Shown: piece by piece, positions 1-10,500 of the stretch
Layout of the letters: each line of letters opens with the position of its first letter
Numbering within the stretch: position 1 is the stretch's first letter
Source: Lama guanicoe
Taxonomy: Eukaryota
Length of the DNA: 64,000 bases
Direction of reading: 5' to 3'
Assembly: GCA_013239625.1 (NCBI GenBank)
Contig: MU054391.1
Span: 124,001-188,000, forward strand
Translations under genes and position numbers: made by a program
The notes under the pieces: model-generated
Seen by the model: only the letters and a program-made list of their open reading frames with translations
Told to the model about the DNA's origin: nothing
Database searches by the model: none

Positions 1-593
1 ATGAGATCCAGGGTCCAGGGTTCACAGGGCCAGGCAGGCAGCCGCTCTGCCCCAAGAGGTTCCCTCACACTGTGGCCGATAGCAGGCAGCTCCAGGTGAG
101 CGGTGGACGCCTGGCCCTTCCACTTAGGTGAGGCCAAGGAGAGATGGCCAGGCTCTAACTCCTGCCCCAGGGGCCAGGCGCACCCAACCCAACCGTCTGA
201 CAAAGGTCCAGACTGTCCTCTATGGAAACCAATGGGGACGGAAAAGACAGTAACTAACGCTGGCTTTTCAAATATTACATATTTACAAATAACATAAAAT
301 TCATTACAATCATTAAAATAAAAACTTGGGAAGGGCTTTTCTGTGAACTGAGTCGACTGGGTCTAAACTTGAATTGCAGCCGCATTGTGGAGAGTCCAGG
401 GAGTTGGTTCCTCCTAACTTTTGACAGTCTGCAGGTGCTACATGCGCAACAGCTAAAATCCCAAAGACATCGTTCCTCCCTCTTTCACCAAAGATTTACC
501 CTAGCAAAGCTTTTTTAAAGGGTAAGGCGGCGGTGAGGGGGAGGTTCCCGATCCCAGGTGAGGTTCAGCGGCGTCACCGACACCTGTACTCAC

Positions 594-700
594 TTGTGAT
601 CCCGAGCCTGGTCCGCTCCGGCGCCCCTCGAGCTGCGGACACTTACCCAGGAAGAGGAAGGGCGCTCCCCGCCCGGCTCCGCCTCCCAGGGCAGGGACCG
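594..700 (-). other. SH3YL1: Putative first exon of the divergent gene, probably SH3YL1; 5' boundary approximate
   Basis: Minus-strand consensus donors CAA|GTGAGT (exon end 594) and TGG|GTAAGT (exon end 647) in the CpG island, plus CAG|GTGAGC (exon end 1043). Identity is inferred from known head-to-head synteny with ACP1; no SH3YL1 peptide is visible here. Confidence 0.4.
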
Positions 701-1477
701 GTCTAGCGAGGTGCACACCTGAGACAGGTGAAGAGCACGTAAACACCGGCTCTCGTTCAGGGCAAGGTACCTGCTTTATACACATTCACAGGACAAAAAC
801 TGCAGCGAGGGAAGGTGTGCGCTCTCCTCACTGGTCCCCGAGCTCCGAAGCCTCCCGTGAAGGACGACCGCGCAGCCCGCGGCCACGCTGCTGCGGAGCG
901 GCAGGTGCGCGGCAGTTCCGACTCGGGACTGGGGGCGGGGGTCTCGGGGTCCTGGGAGCTGCGTCTGGTCACGTGAGGACCCCGCTCACCCCGGGTCGCC
1001 CGCCTCACGTTCGGCCGTGCGGCCCAGGTGAGGGGCGCTCACCTGAACCCCAGCACTGGCCCCTCTACTCTCCGAGGTCCCTCGGGTCCGATCATCCCCC
1101 GCCCTTCCGGCTTCTGTCTGTGGCCCCCACACCCTCAGGGCTCGGGGCTACGCAGCCCCGGCTCTGAGGTCGTGACTCCGCGGAGCCGCGTGACCCGAGC
1201 CCGCCCCAACCGGGCCCCACCCTCCCAGGTGGCTCTCGGCCCCGCCCCTGCCCCGCCCCTCCCCGCGGCCCGCGATCCCCGCGGTCCCGCCCCTGGCTCT
1301 CTGCTCCGCCTCCTACCCGCCGGGCTGAGGCAGGACTGCGCAGGCGCGGGGCCGCTCTCTCGCTCCGGGCGGGCTGGGGCTGGATTGCGCAGGCGCTGGG
1401 CGGGCTGCTCGCCGTGCGCGTGCGCCCGCCGGAAACGTCCGGACGCCGTCAGTGGGCGCTTGTGTGCGCGCGGGAAG

Positions 1478-1520
1478 ATGGCCGAGCAGGTGACCAAGTC
1501 TGTGCTGTTCGTGTGTCTGG
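1478..1520 (+). CDS. ACP1: ACP1 coding exon 1 ([15 protein letters not shown])
   Basis: ATG in strong context (AAGATGG); donor G|GTGAGA at 1521; phase 1. Confidence 0.97.
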
Positions 1521-4500
1521 GTGAGACGGCGCTGTTCTCTAGCCCCTCTGACTTTCCGGGAGGGCTCGGGGGTCCCTTGTGCGCTCTGGGCCGCGCCGCT
1601 GGGCCGGGAACGGTGATCCGGAGGAGGCCGGGGAGGGGAGACTGAAGGGCGGGATGCGGCGCCGCGCACCTTCCCGGGTGGCTCTGCAGGCGGGGTCCCT
1701 CTCACCTGCTTAGTCCCGTCTCCAAGTCGGATCCCCTGTCACCTGCCCAGCCTCTGTGCAAGCCCGATCTCTAGCTTCTGCACAGCCCCTTCTCCAAGCC
1801 TGGGTGCCTCGCGCCTGCAGCCCTTTCACTCCAAGCCAGGGTTCTTTCCATCACACCTGCCTGGAATCCCTCCTTCCCCTGCATCAGGTAGGCCCGAGGC
1901 CGCTGGACTGATCTGTGTCTTGGGGGCCTCCTGATGCTCTGACATCCATGCCGACACCGGTTTGCCGGCTTTCCTTGCCCTATGTCCAGAAAGGGATCTG
2001 AACCAAAGGTAGATGGATCGCAGCGTTCAGGATTTCTTGGTGGTAAAAGCCACACCACGGAGATCTGGTTCCCCAGGTCGCTGTGTAACAGCCCCATGTT
2101 CCATTCCTCTACATGAAAATGAAGATATTCTTTATCTTTAATTCTTTAGGTACCTTCCAGCTCAGAATTATTTTCGTTTTTAAGATTTCAACAGTTAGCC
2201 TCCCTTACTTAAAACAGAGTTCACGTTCCCTTTAGCTTGTGGGATTCTTCCCTTGTTAGAGCACCACAGGGCTGTAGTTAATTCCCTAGGGAGGAAGGCC
2301 TAGATGGTCACTAGTCCAGTGACTGAAAAATCTTCAGATGAGCCTGCATTTCCTGCAGACTTGCATTTCTGCCCCCTTTTAGGTGTACCCTTCAAGAAGA
2401 CCACAGAAGTCCACCCGGCCTCTCCCACTTTATCGCCTTGTTCGTTCCCCACCCATGCCCTCTGGGGCACCTGCCCCCCAGCATGTGAGATGCTTGTTGT
2501 GCCTTCCGTTGTGTGCTGCTTCCTGGGCACCCAGGAGCCCATGTTGCATTTTGCCTGGAAAGCTTTTCTAGAAGGTCAGGCCGGAGTATTCCCTTTTTCA
2601 GTTTTCCCTGATCCTGCAGGTGGAGGTAGTTGTTCCTATGACCTTTCATAGACACCTTTCCTCACACAAGTTTTATTGTAATTACTTGATACCCTCTTGA
2701 GATCATAGCTAGATTTAGCCCTCTTGAGGGCCTATTTTCCTTTGTATTTCCAGCTTTAGGACAAATACGATAATCACTAGGTATTTGCGTTGAATTTCTG
2801 TGAGGGGACAAGTGGAACGCCTCCTTGTTTCCCTTTGACAGTGGGCATCATTTGTTTTTTAAGCTCTCCATTGAAGGCTGGCTGATGGAATCAACAGAGT
2901 TACCAAAGGGCAGTTCGGGTCAGTTTGGGCGTCTAGTAGAATTCCGTGGCCCTGTTTATTTCTCTTAGAATTGGTGGTTAGGCTGACACTGCACCGTGGC
3001 AGCTCTTCATGAGAAACGTTTGCTGGTATGTATTTGTGGAAGTATTTATCTTCAATACAGTTTTTTTTTTTAAAGCAACTACCGTTTACCAGGCACTGTT
3101 CTGGGTGTGGGGATACACTAGTGACAGAAATCCCTGCCTCTCTCGAGCCCACGTTCTGTCAACAGTCATGTGCTTGGTTACTCTGTCACCTGCCCAGCCT
3201 CTGTGTAAGCCCGACCTCTAGCTTCTGCACAGCCCCTTCTCCAAGCCTGGGTGCCTCGCGGCTGCACCCCCTTCCCTCCAAGCCAGGGTTCTTTCCATCA
3301 CACCTGCCTGGAATCCCTCAGGTGGATTGTATTAAGGACAATTAAGGCAAGACAAGGGGATGGCAGTGGAGTGCAGTTTTAAGCAGAGTATTCAGAGAGG
3401 GCCTTACTGAAAAGGTGACATTTGAACAAAGGCTTGGTAGCGATGAGGAAGCAGGCATAGGGTACTTTGGAAAAGTGTCCTGGACCCCGAGGAAAGCAGG
3501 TGAAAGGTTTTGGAGTGAGAGTGCTGGCCGTGTTGGAGAACTGGCAGGGAAGCCACAGAGCTGAGCCTGTGACCTGGTACCTTCTCAGACCCTCCTCTGT
3601 ACCTGAGGACTCGGAGATAATGTGAGGGACTGTTTTCTTGGTGCCCAGCGGGTGCATGTCACACCGCTCTTGGTGCAGAGAGAAGTTACTTCCTCACACA
3701 CAGTGACTGTTCTGGGGCCGGAGTCCACAGACTCTTTATGTGAAAGCCAGAGGACAAGTATTTTGTGCTCTGCAGGTCGTACAAAGGGTGTGGTGCTAAA
3801 GCAGCTTAGCCAGTACTTATGCTGGGCTGTAATCGTTTATTTATGGACCCCGGGATTTGAATTCCATATAATTTTCTCATGTCACAAGATATTCTACTTT
3901 TGAGTTTTTTCAGTTGATCCTAAAAATGTAAGTTATTTTTAGCATTGAGAACTGTACTCAGAGGTGGTGGTAGTGAGCCCTTGTCTTGGACCCAAGTTTA
4001 GGGCCTTCGGAGGGCAGATCCGGTGAGGCCATGTGAGAACTTGGGCTTACTTAGAACCAGTTAAGCCACTGGAGGATTTTGAGAAGAGGTGGGGGGGGTT
4101 AAACAGAAGCGTTCAGCTGTTGTGTTGAGATAAGACTGAGGAGGGGCAAGGAGGGAGACCAGCCTGAAGAGAGAGCCTGTGTGTTGGACCAGAGTCTCGC
4201 TGGTGGAGGCGGTGAGATGTGGTCCTGGGGAGACTGAGGAAGTCGCTGTGTGACATTTCAGGTGGTAGCCAGTGTGCTGGGCAGTAAGAACAGTGTATTT
4301 ATGAAATGTAAAAGTTTTATTCCTTCAAAGCATTTATTTGGACGTTTTTCAGACTGAAGTGCAGGCAGGTGTCAGATGTATTCTGTTGGTGAGGGTAATG
4401 GCAGGAGAGAAGGAACTGCCCCTTATTTTGGCAAGATTATTAAGAGTGTTTTAAGTTTTTGGAGATAAGAGACGGACTGGAGAACGTGTGTTGTTAGTTG

Positions 4501-7500
4501 TGGCACAGCCAGCCTGCTTGGAGAAAATGCTGGGTCAGTGGTGTCAGATGACCTTTTTCCTCTGGTTACTCAGTACCTGAGAGTGTTATGTGTGCTGGTC
4601 TGGGCGTCAGGTGCTGTGCTGGGTGGGACAGACAGAGCCATACCCTTGGAGAATTTCCTTCCTTGAGATGAAGGTGGTGACTAAGACCATGTATTAATTC
4701 GGAAAAAAACAAACTTGAGGCTTCTCAGATTGAATCTTTTTCCTAAAGAAATCTGAAGGTGACATTTAAGTTTTTAGAACTTCTCCATTGGGGAAACCTG
4801 CAGTGTTGTCTTTTATGGATGTGCCCTGTTTTAAAATAACACATTAATTTGGTGATGTCAGCTTTTGAAATCAAGAGGTCCAGTTACAAGCAGGCAGGGT
4901 TTCTTATCTTTTGATCTTATAGATAGTATAATCTTTTATCTTTATCTCTAATCTTTGTAGTAGTAATCTCTTCCTTACCCTTATCACACATCTTCTTGCT
5001 GTAAATATGACTGTCTAGGAAAAAAGTAAGTGTGGATGAACATGCCTGAACTTTAAGGCAGTAAATAGTCCAAATTTTTGTTTTGTTATGGGAATGCATT
5101 TGTATTATACTTAATAACTATTTGTAAGGGGTGAAGCTAGTCTTTTTATTGTATCTTTAGATGCTGAGATATTAGGCATCTACTACTCTACAGTTCCAAA
5201 TAATAAAAACTGGCTTAATTTGGAATAGAGTGCTGTTCAAGGTAGCCCTGGACATACGGTGACAAGTATAGTGACCACGCATCTGTAGGAAGACTGATTA
5301 ATCAAAGTAGTGGTGATAGTACCTGACTTACAAACTAACAGAATTAGAATGTGGAAAAGGAAGGCTTCACAGCACAAACCAGCTTACAGAGGGCATGTAA
5401 TTCCTTTCATGGTTGGGCAGCTGAGGGAAACCAGTCTCTGTGGGAAGGATGTGCTTTATAATAAGTGCATCATCAGACCAGGATAGTGTAGAAACTGAAG
5501 AACATCAGACTGAAGCTGTTTTCCTTGCAGTAGGGAATTAGTCGTGTTTAACAGCACCTCAGAAAATCCAGATTCCACGTGTGTGTCATGAACCAGAAGA
5601 TTCTGATGTCAGGAGAGTGAGGTCTGTCCTCTGGGCCGCGGGTCCCAGGCTCCCTCCCCTCACTTCCGGGTACCACCTCCCGAGTCCTGTCCTGTCTGTG
5701 GCCTCCCTCTGCGGCCTTGGAGGGAGGCCGGCTGTCCACCTCTAGTCTCAAGTCTTAATGTTTCCTCGGCCTTGCAGTCATTTTCCTCACTTGTGCCTTG
5801 ATCAGCTCTGGTGCCGTGCACAGTAGCAGGTGTGCAGAATATGTGTGTGAAGGGAATCCCGTTACTTCTCCTCCCCAGACCTTCTGCTTCTTCCCGCTGT
5901 GGGTGCTAAGCCCACATCGTGGGCCCACGGCTCCCACTCACTCGATCTCCACCCGAAGCAGCCTCGCCCATGTGTTCATACAGTCCCGCCCAGGTTTTAA
6001 TGCCTTTTCCCTGGCTCTGCCTGATAAGGTCCTCTTAACCCTTTAAAGATCAGCCTTAACCATTCTTTCTTTTTCCCTTATAGGAAATTTTCTTATTATC
6101 TTCTTTGTGCTTGTCCTGTGTTCCTATAGAATATTGCTTGTCTGTCAGCATTTATTTCCTTGTTTTTATGACAGCTGACTCCATGTCTCCCGTAAATGCA
6201 TTGCTTGTGGTGGAAATATTTTGAGAAAAGACTTTATGTCTTTATATCTTTTTCCCTGTGTAGTAAGGAGCTTGGCCCCATCAGGTGGAAGCTCGGGCCT
6301 TTGTCCTGGCTTCTGGGAGCTGACCTCCAAACCCCTTGGAACTCCCTTGGAGCAGCAGGAGTATCTGGGTGCTCAGGGGAGGCCCTACCTGGTGTGTGCC
6401 GAGGAGGTAACCTGGGTGGGGGCCGTGAGCCACCCGCGGGAGAGAAGGGGCTGGACACTGACCTCGGTCACTTGTGCTTACTTATGAAATCCCAGGAGCC
6501 CTGGCACTGGTGCTTCAGTGGCATTCTGGATTGCAGGGCTCTGAGTGTGCTCACACATGGGTGATGGGAGGGTGACGTGTCCCTGAGGACCAGAGAGTTC
6601 CATGTTTGGAACTCTTCTAGAATCTTTGCTACGCTCTTTAACTTTGGCAGGTTCTGCTCTGTATATTTTTGTAATAATAAAGCTATGATCATAAACATAG
6701 CACTTTCCTGGGTTCTGCAGTCCTTCTAGAGAACTGTTGATCCTGTGAGGACCCCCGCATTTGTGGCCAGCTGGTTTGAAGTGAGGAGGGCCCTGGGGCT
6801 CCGTGAAATTGCAGCCGATGATATAAGTTCTGGGCAGATTGGACAGCCTGGAGGACCGTCCCTGCCCCAGCTGGCTGACTCCTGGGTCCACAGCACTCAA
6901 GCAGGGGCTTCATGCAGATCATGTGGTAGAAGTTTGTGTAGAAGGACTACTGTTCTTCCTCAGTGCATTTGCTTGTGTATTTTATGAAACAATATTCATC
7001 TTTATTATGTGCCGTATACATGAGAAAACATATTTTTAAGTCTTTTTTGTTGTATTGCATTTTAAAATGGACTGGCTGCAGTCCACTTCATGGATTTCAT
7101 GACTCACTTCTGGGTCAGTGAGGCAACCTGAGAAACAACAGCTTTGGTTGTACTTGTTTGAAGTCTCTGTCATTTGTACTTGGAGTGCTTGGACAGTGGG
7201 TGTGAAACCGCTGAGCAAAGTTTAGTCACCTGTTCCCAGGTCCACTATGCCTGGCAGGACCGTCACCTCCAAGAAGAGTGTTTGCCTCACTTCCCTCGCT
7301 GTCCTCGGGTGTGTGGACTCAGCACTGCCCTTCCCTCAGACCTGACGCTCACTCTCTGCCCCTGTCCCCCCTTTTTAAGGTAACATTTGTCGATCACCCA
7401 TCGCGGAAGCGGTTTTCAGGAAACTTGTAACTGATCAAAACGTTTCAGATAAGGTAAGTACTTTTCACTGTCTTAAAGAGGCCGACCTGAATGTCTCTGG

Positions 7501-10500
7501 GGCAGGAAATTGTGAAAAAGTTCTCTTTTCTCCTGCAGTGGAGGATAGACAGTGCGGCGACGTCCACATATGAAATAGGAAACCCTCCTGATCACCGGGG
7601 GCAGGCTTGCTTGAAGAAGCACGGGGTCCCAATGAACCACGTGGCCCGGCAGGTACCGCACTGGAACTTGAAGGTGCACTTGTGTGTTTTGTGTTGCAGT
7701 GGGTCATTGACAGCGGCGCTGTTTCTGACTGGAACGTGGGCCGGTCACCAGATGCAAGAGCTGTGAGCTGCCTAAGAAATCATGGCATTAACACAGCCCA
7801 TAAAGCAAGACAGGTAGAGGAGAACTCATTTAATTTCTAGAATGCTGATCCCATATGCTGAGAAGTTGTGAGGGGCTTCACCAGACTTATGTATAATGAG
7901 GGTGTTTGGGGTTGGCCTCACCGGCCACAGCGCTCCCATTCTGGTTCCACACTTCTGAAAGATTTGCATGGTCCTGGAATTGACTTATTAGAATGCCTCG
8001 TGGACAGACCCCTGGCCATGAGCTGGAAGGCTTGAGTTGCAGTCGCCTCCTCCTGTCTGTCTGTGGTCTCAGCCTTTACGCCATGGCGGCTGGCCTGTCC
8101 CCCTTATAGGAGCGCCGCTACAGTGCAGTTCTGTTACAAAGACAAGGACATTTCAGCTTCACAGTGCCTTAGGAATCCAGGCCAGCACCGCTGTTACTGT
8201 GGCTGCATGTCCTGCTGTGGGAGCACTTCTGGATTCAGGCTCTGGAGTGCGCCCGGCAGAGCGTCCTGGGCTGAGGGCCATGCACCTTATCTGCTCTCCC
8301 CAGTGTGGACGCCACCAGCTACGTGCAGCTCTTGCACGTTTGAGAGACATCCAGTGAGGAGGGGGGCAGAGGCGGCTGCATTCTAAATTTTAGCTAAATA
8401 GCCATTTGGTCTGGTGGGCACCTCATTGGGCTGTAGGGTCCTAGACTCAGGAAGAACCACAGCAGGCTGAGGCTTTCGTGGCAGCATTTGTGGTGGGACA
8501 TCAGGGTGGTGGGCGGGCACATCCGGGCCCCTCTAGGAGCCAGTGGTAGGTGTGTGTGCTGGGACCCACTGGCCATAATCACAGGGACCGGCTTCTAAAG
8601 AGATTGGCTTCCTTTCGATACTAAGTGCCCAGCATGTTGTTCTGCAGGGACTCTTATTTTTATCAGTATGATGATGCTTTTATGGAGATTCAGTTGGATT
8701 TTTAAAAAAAAAAACTAGCTAAAATTTTCTCATTTCCTTTTGTGTGCATCCTCATGAAGCGTGTGGCTCTGCAGGCCAAGAAGGGCTGTGGCTGGGTGTC
8801 AGCAGCAGGAGGCGGTGCAGCGGGGAGCCGGGCATGCTGAGCGCGGTTGTCAGATGAACCGCATGTTTCTGGGTGGTTTATTGATCGTGCGTGAATTAGA
8901 GCCCCCGTGAGACTGGGTGAAGATTCCTCTGTGAGTGCTGCACCAAGTCTCACCTCTGTTTAACCTTCGCAGGTCGCTTTGTCCCCGCGTCGCGTTTTAC
9001 ATTTTGATCGCCTCTCTTTGTTCTTGTCTTACCTCATTACGGAAGGGAGTAGTTGGTAAACCCATTTCGCAGATCAAGAAACAGCTCTGGAGAGAAAATG
9101 AATGACTTGTTGACGATTACCCAGCTGCCAAGTGGTAGAACTGGAATTTAGTTGCAGGTTTATTTGTTTTAATAAAAAACATCTAGACGTGTGAGCCAGA
9201 AAATTCACAAAATTACCATAGAAACACTTCCAATACATTAATGGTGTCTCAGGAATAGTAACACACACATTATTCGTGGCTTAGATAACTTTACTCTGAG
9301 ACCTGTAAACTTCTGATTTTTGGTTCTGTCAGTAGATGCTGCTTGTTGTTAACAAGTTACTATTTAAATGAACTGTTTTAAGGACCTGGTCTTTTCTCAA
9401 ATGGAATTTACATTGGGGGGATTAAACATTTTTTTATATCATTTGTCCATTCTAATCTCTTCAGGATTTTATATACCTTGCCAATCTCTACTTTCTGTTT
9501 TTTAAGTAATGTAGATTTTTTTGAGCAGTCCTTCAGAAATATGGGCAATCATACTTTCATGTTTTCTGTTTTAAAATCATTTTTCATACACAAAGTATAC
9601 ATAATAAAAGTGGATACAAATGAAATATTTTAAATACACATGCCTTTAAAAAAAACAAAGCTAGAAACTTTTTCATTTTTTAAGAACACAAGTAATTACC
9701 AGTTTTAGAAGTAGTATTTCCAGATTTTTTTTTCTTTTCCCTGTTGCTTTTAAGAAAGTTTTCTCAACAATGATTTTTTAAAAAATTTCCGAGTCCTAGT
9801 AAGATACTAGGTCCTAGTTTTATACATCAGTATCATGTCAGAGTATTGTTATTTTTTTTAAGCATCTTTCTAATGTTTGCAGTTTCCTCTTCAGCGAGTG
9901 TCACAATTTGAGAACCATTTGTAGTATTTCTGTCAAACCCGGGGTTTAATAAATAAAATACATTTAGGGTGTCTTTTTCCCTTTAACCCATGTAACCAGT
10001 TTTCTGGAGTTTGAACACTCACATCTGGTTGGTTCTGTGGGGACGTTTACTTTCTTGTACATCCTCACCCCTTTCCGTAAACTCTGTTGGGCGCGTATGC
10101 AGATTGTCAGTGCTCTCTGGACATTTTCCAGAGGGGCAGCACCGTGGCGTCTGCTCCAGGGCTCAGCGCTAAAACTGCCTCCCCCTACTGTGACAGCAGG
10201 GAAGCCCTGTAGTGGCCATCTTTCTGTCCTGTTTCTCCTTTGTGAGAGTCTCCAGTCATCTTCATTTATGGATTCAGTATTGTTTTACTGTCATGCTACA
10301 GTCGATTTGTCAGTTCCACTCTGACGAACACTTGGGTCATTAGTAGTCTGGGGCTGAATGCCACTGTGAATATTTTTGTATGTGTGCAGTTCTGTTGGGC
10401 ACATACCTGGTGTCACACACTGTGTCAGGTGTACGCACACCCGGCATCACACACTGTCAGAGTGGAGCAGCCTCATAAGACAAGTTGGCTAATGCTCCTT

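Larger units (their letters stand above)
540..1720. promoter_or_regulatory. CpG island / probable bidirectional promoter (ACP1 on +, SH3YL1 on -)
   Basis: Very GC- and CpG-rich. Tandem GC boxes (ccccgcccc) about 1239-1266; NRF1-like TGCGCAGGCGC at 1337 and 1386 and TGCGCGTGCGC at 1415; ETS-like CCGGAA 1429-1434; E-box GTCACGTG 968-975; YY1-like AAGATGGC overlapping the ACP1 ATG. No obvious TATA box. Confidence 0.85.

Noticed and set aside
817..1705. ORFs of 116-205 aa across the ACP1 promoter
   Set aside because: CpG-island artefacts, most lacking a true ATG start; only 1478-1520 is coding.
7539..7813. Second ACP1 gene copy or pseudogene
   Set aside because: Only one exon is duplicated; both copies are intact with splice sites, matching the known alternative F/S exons.
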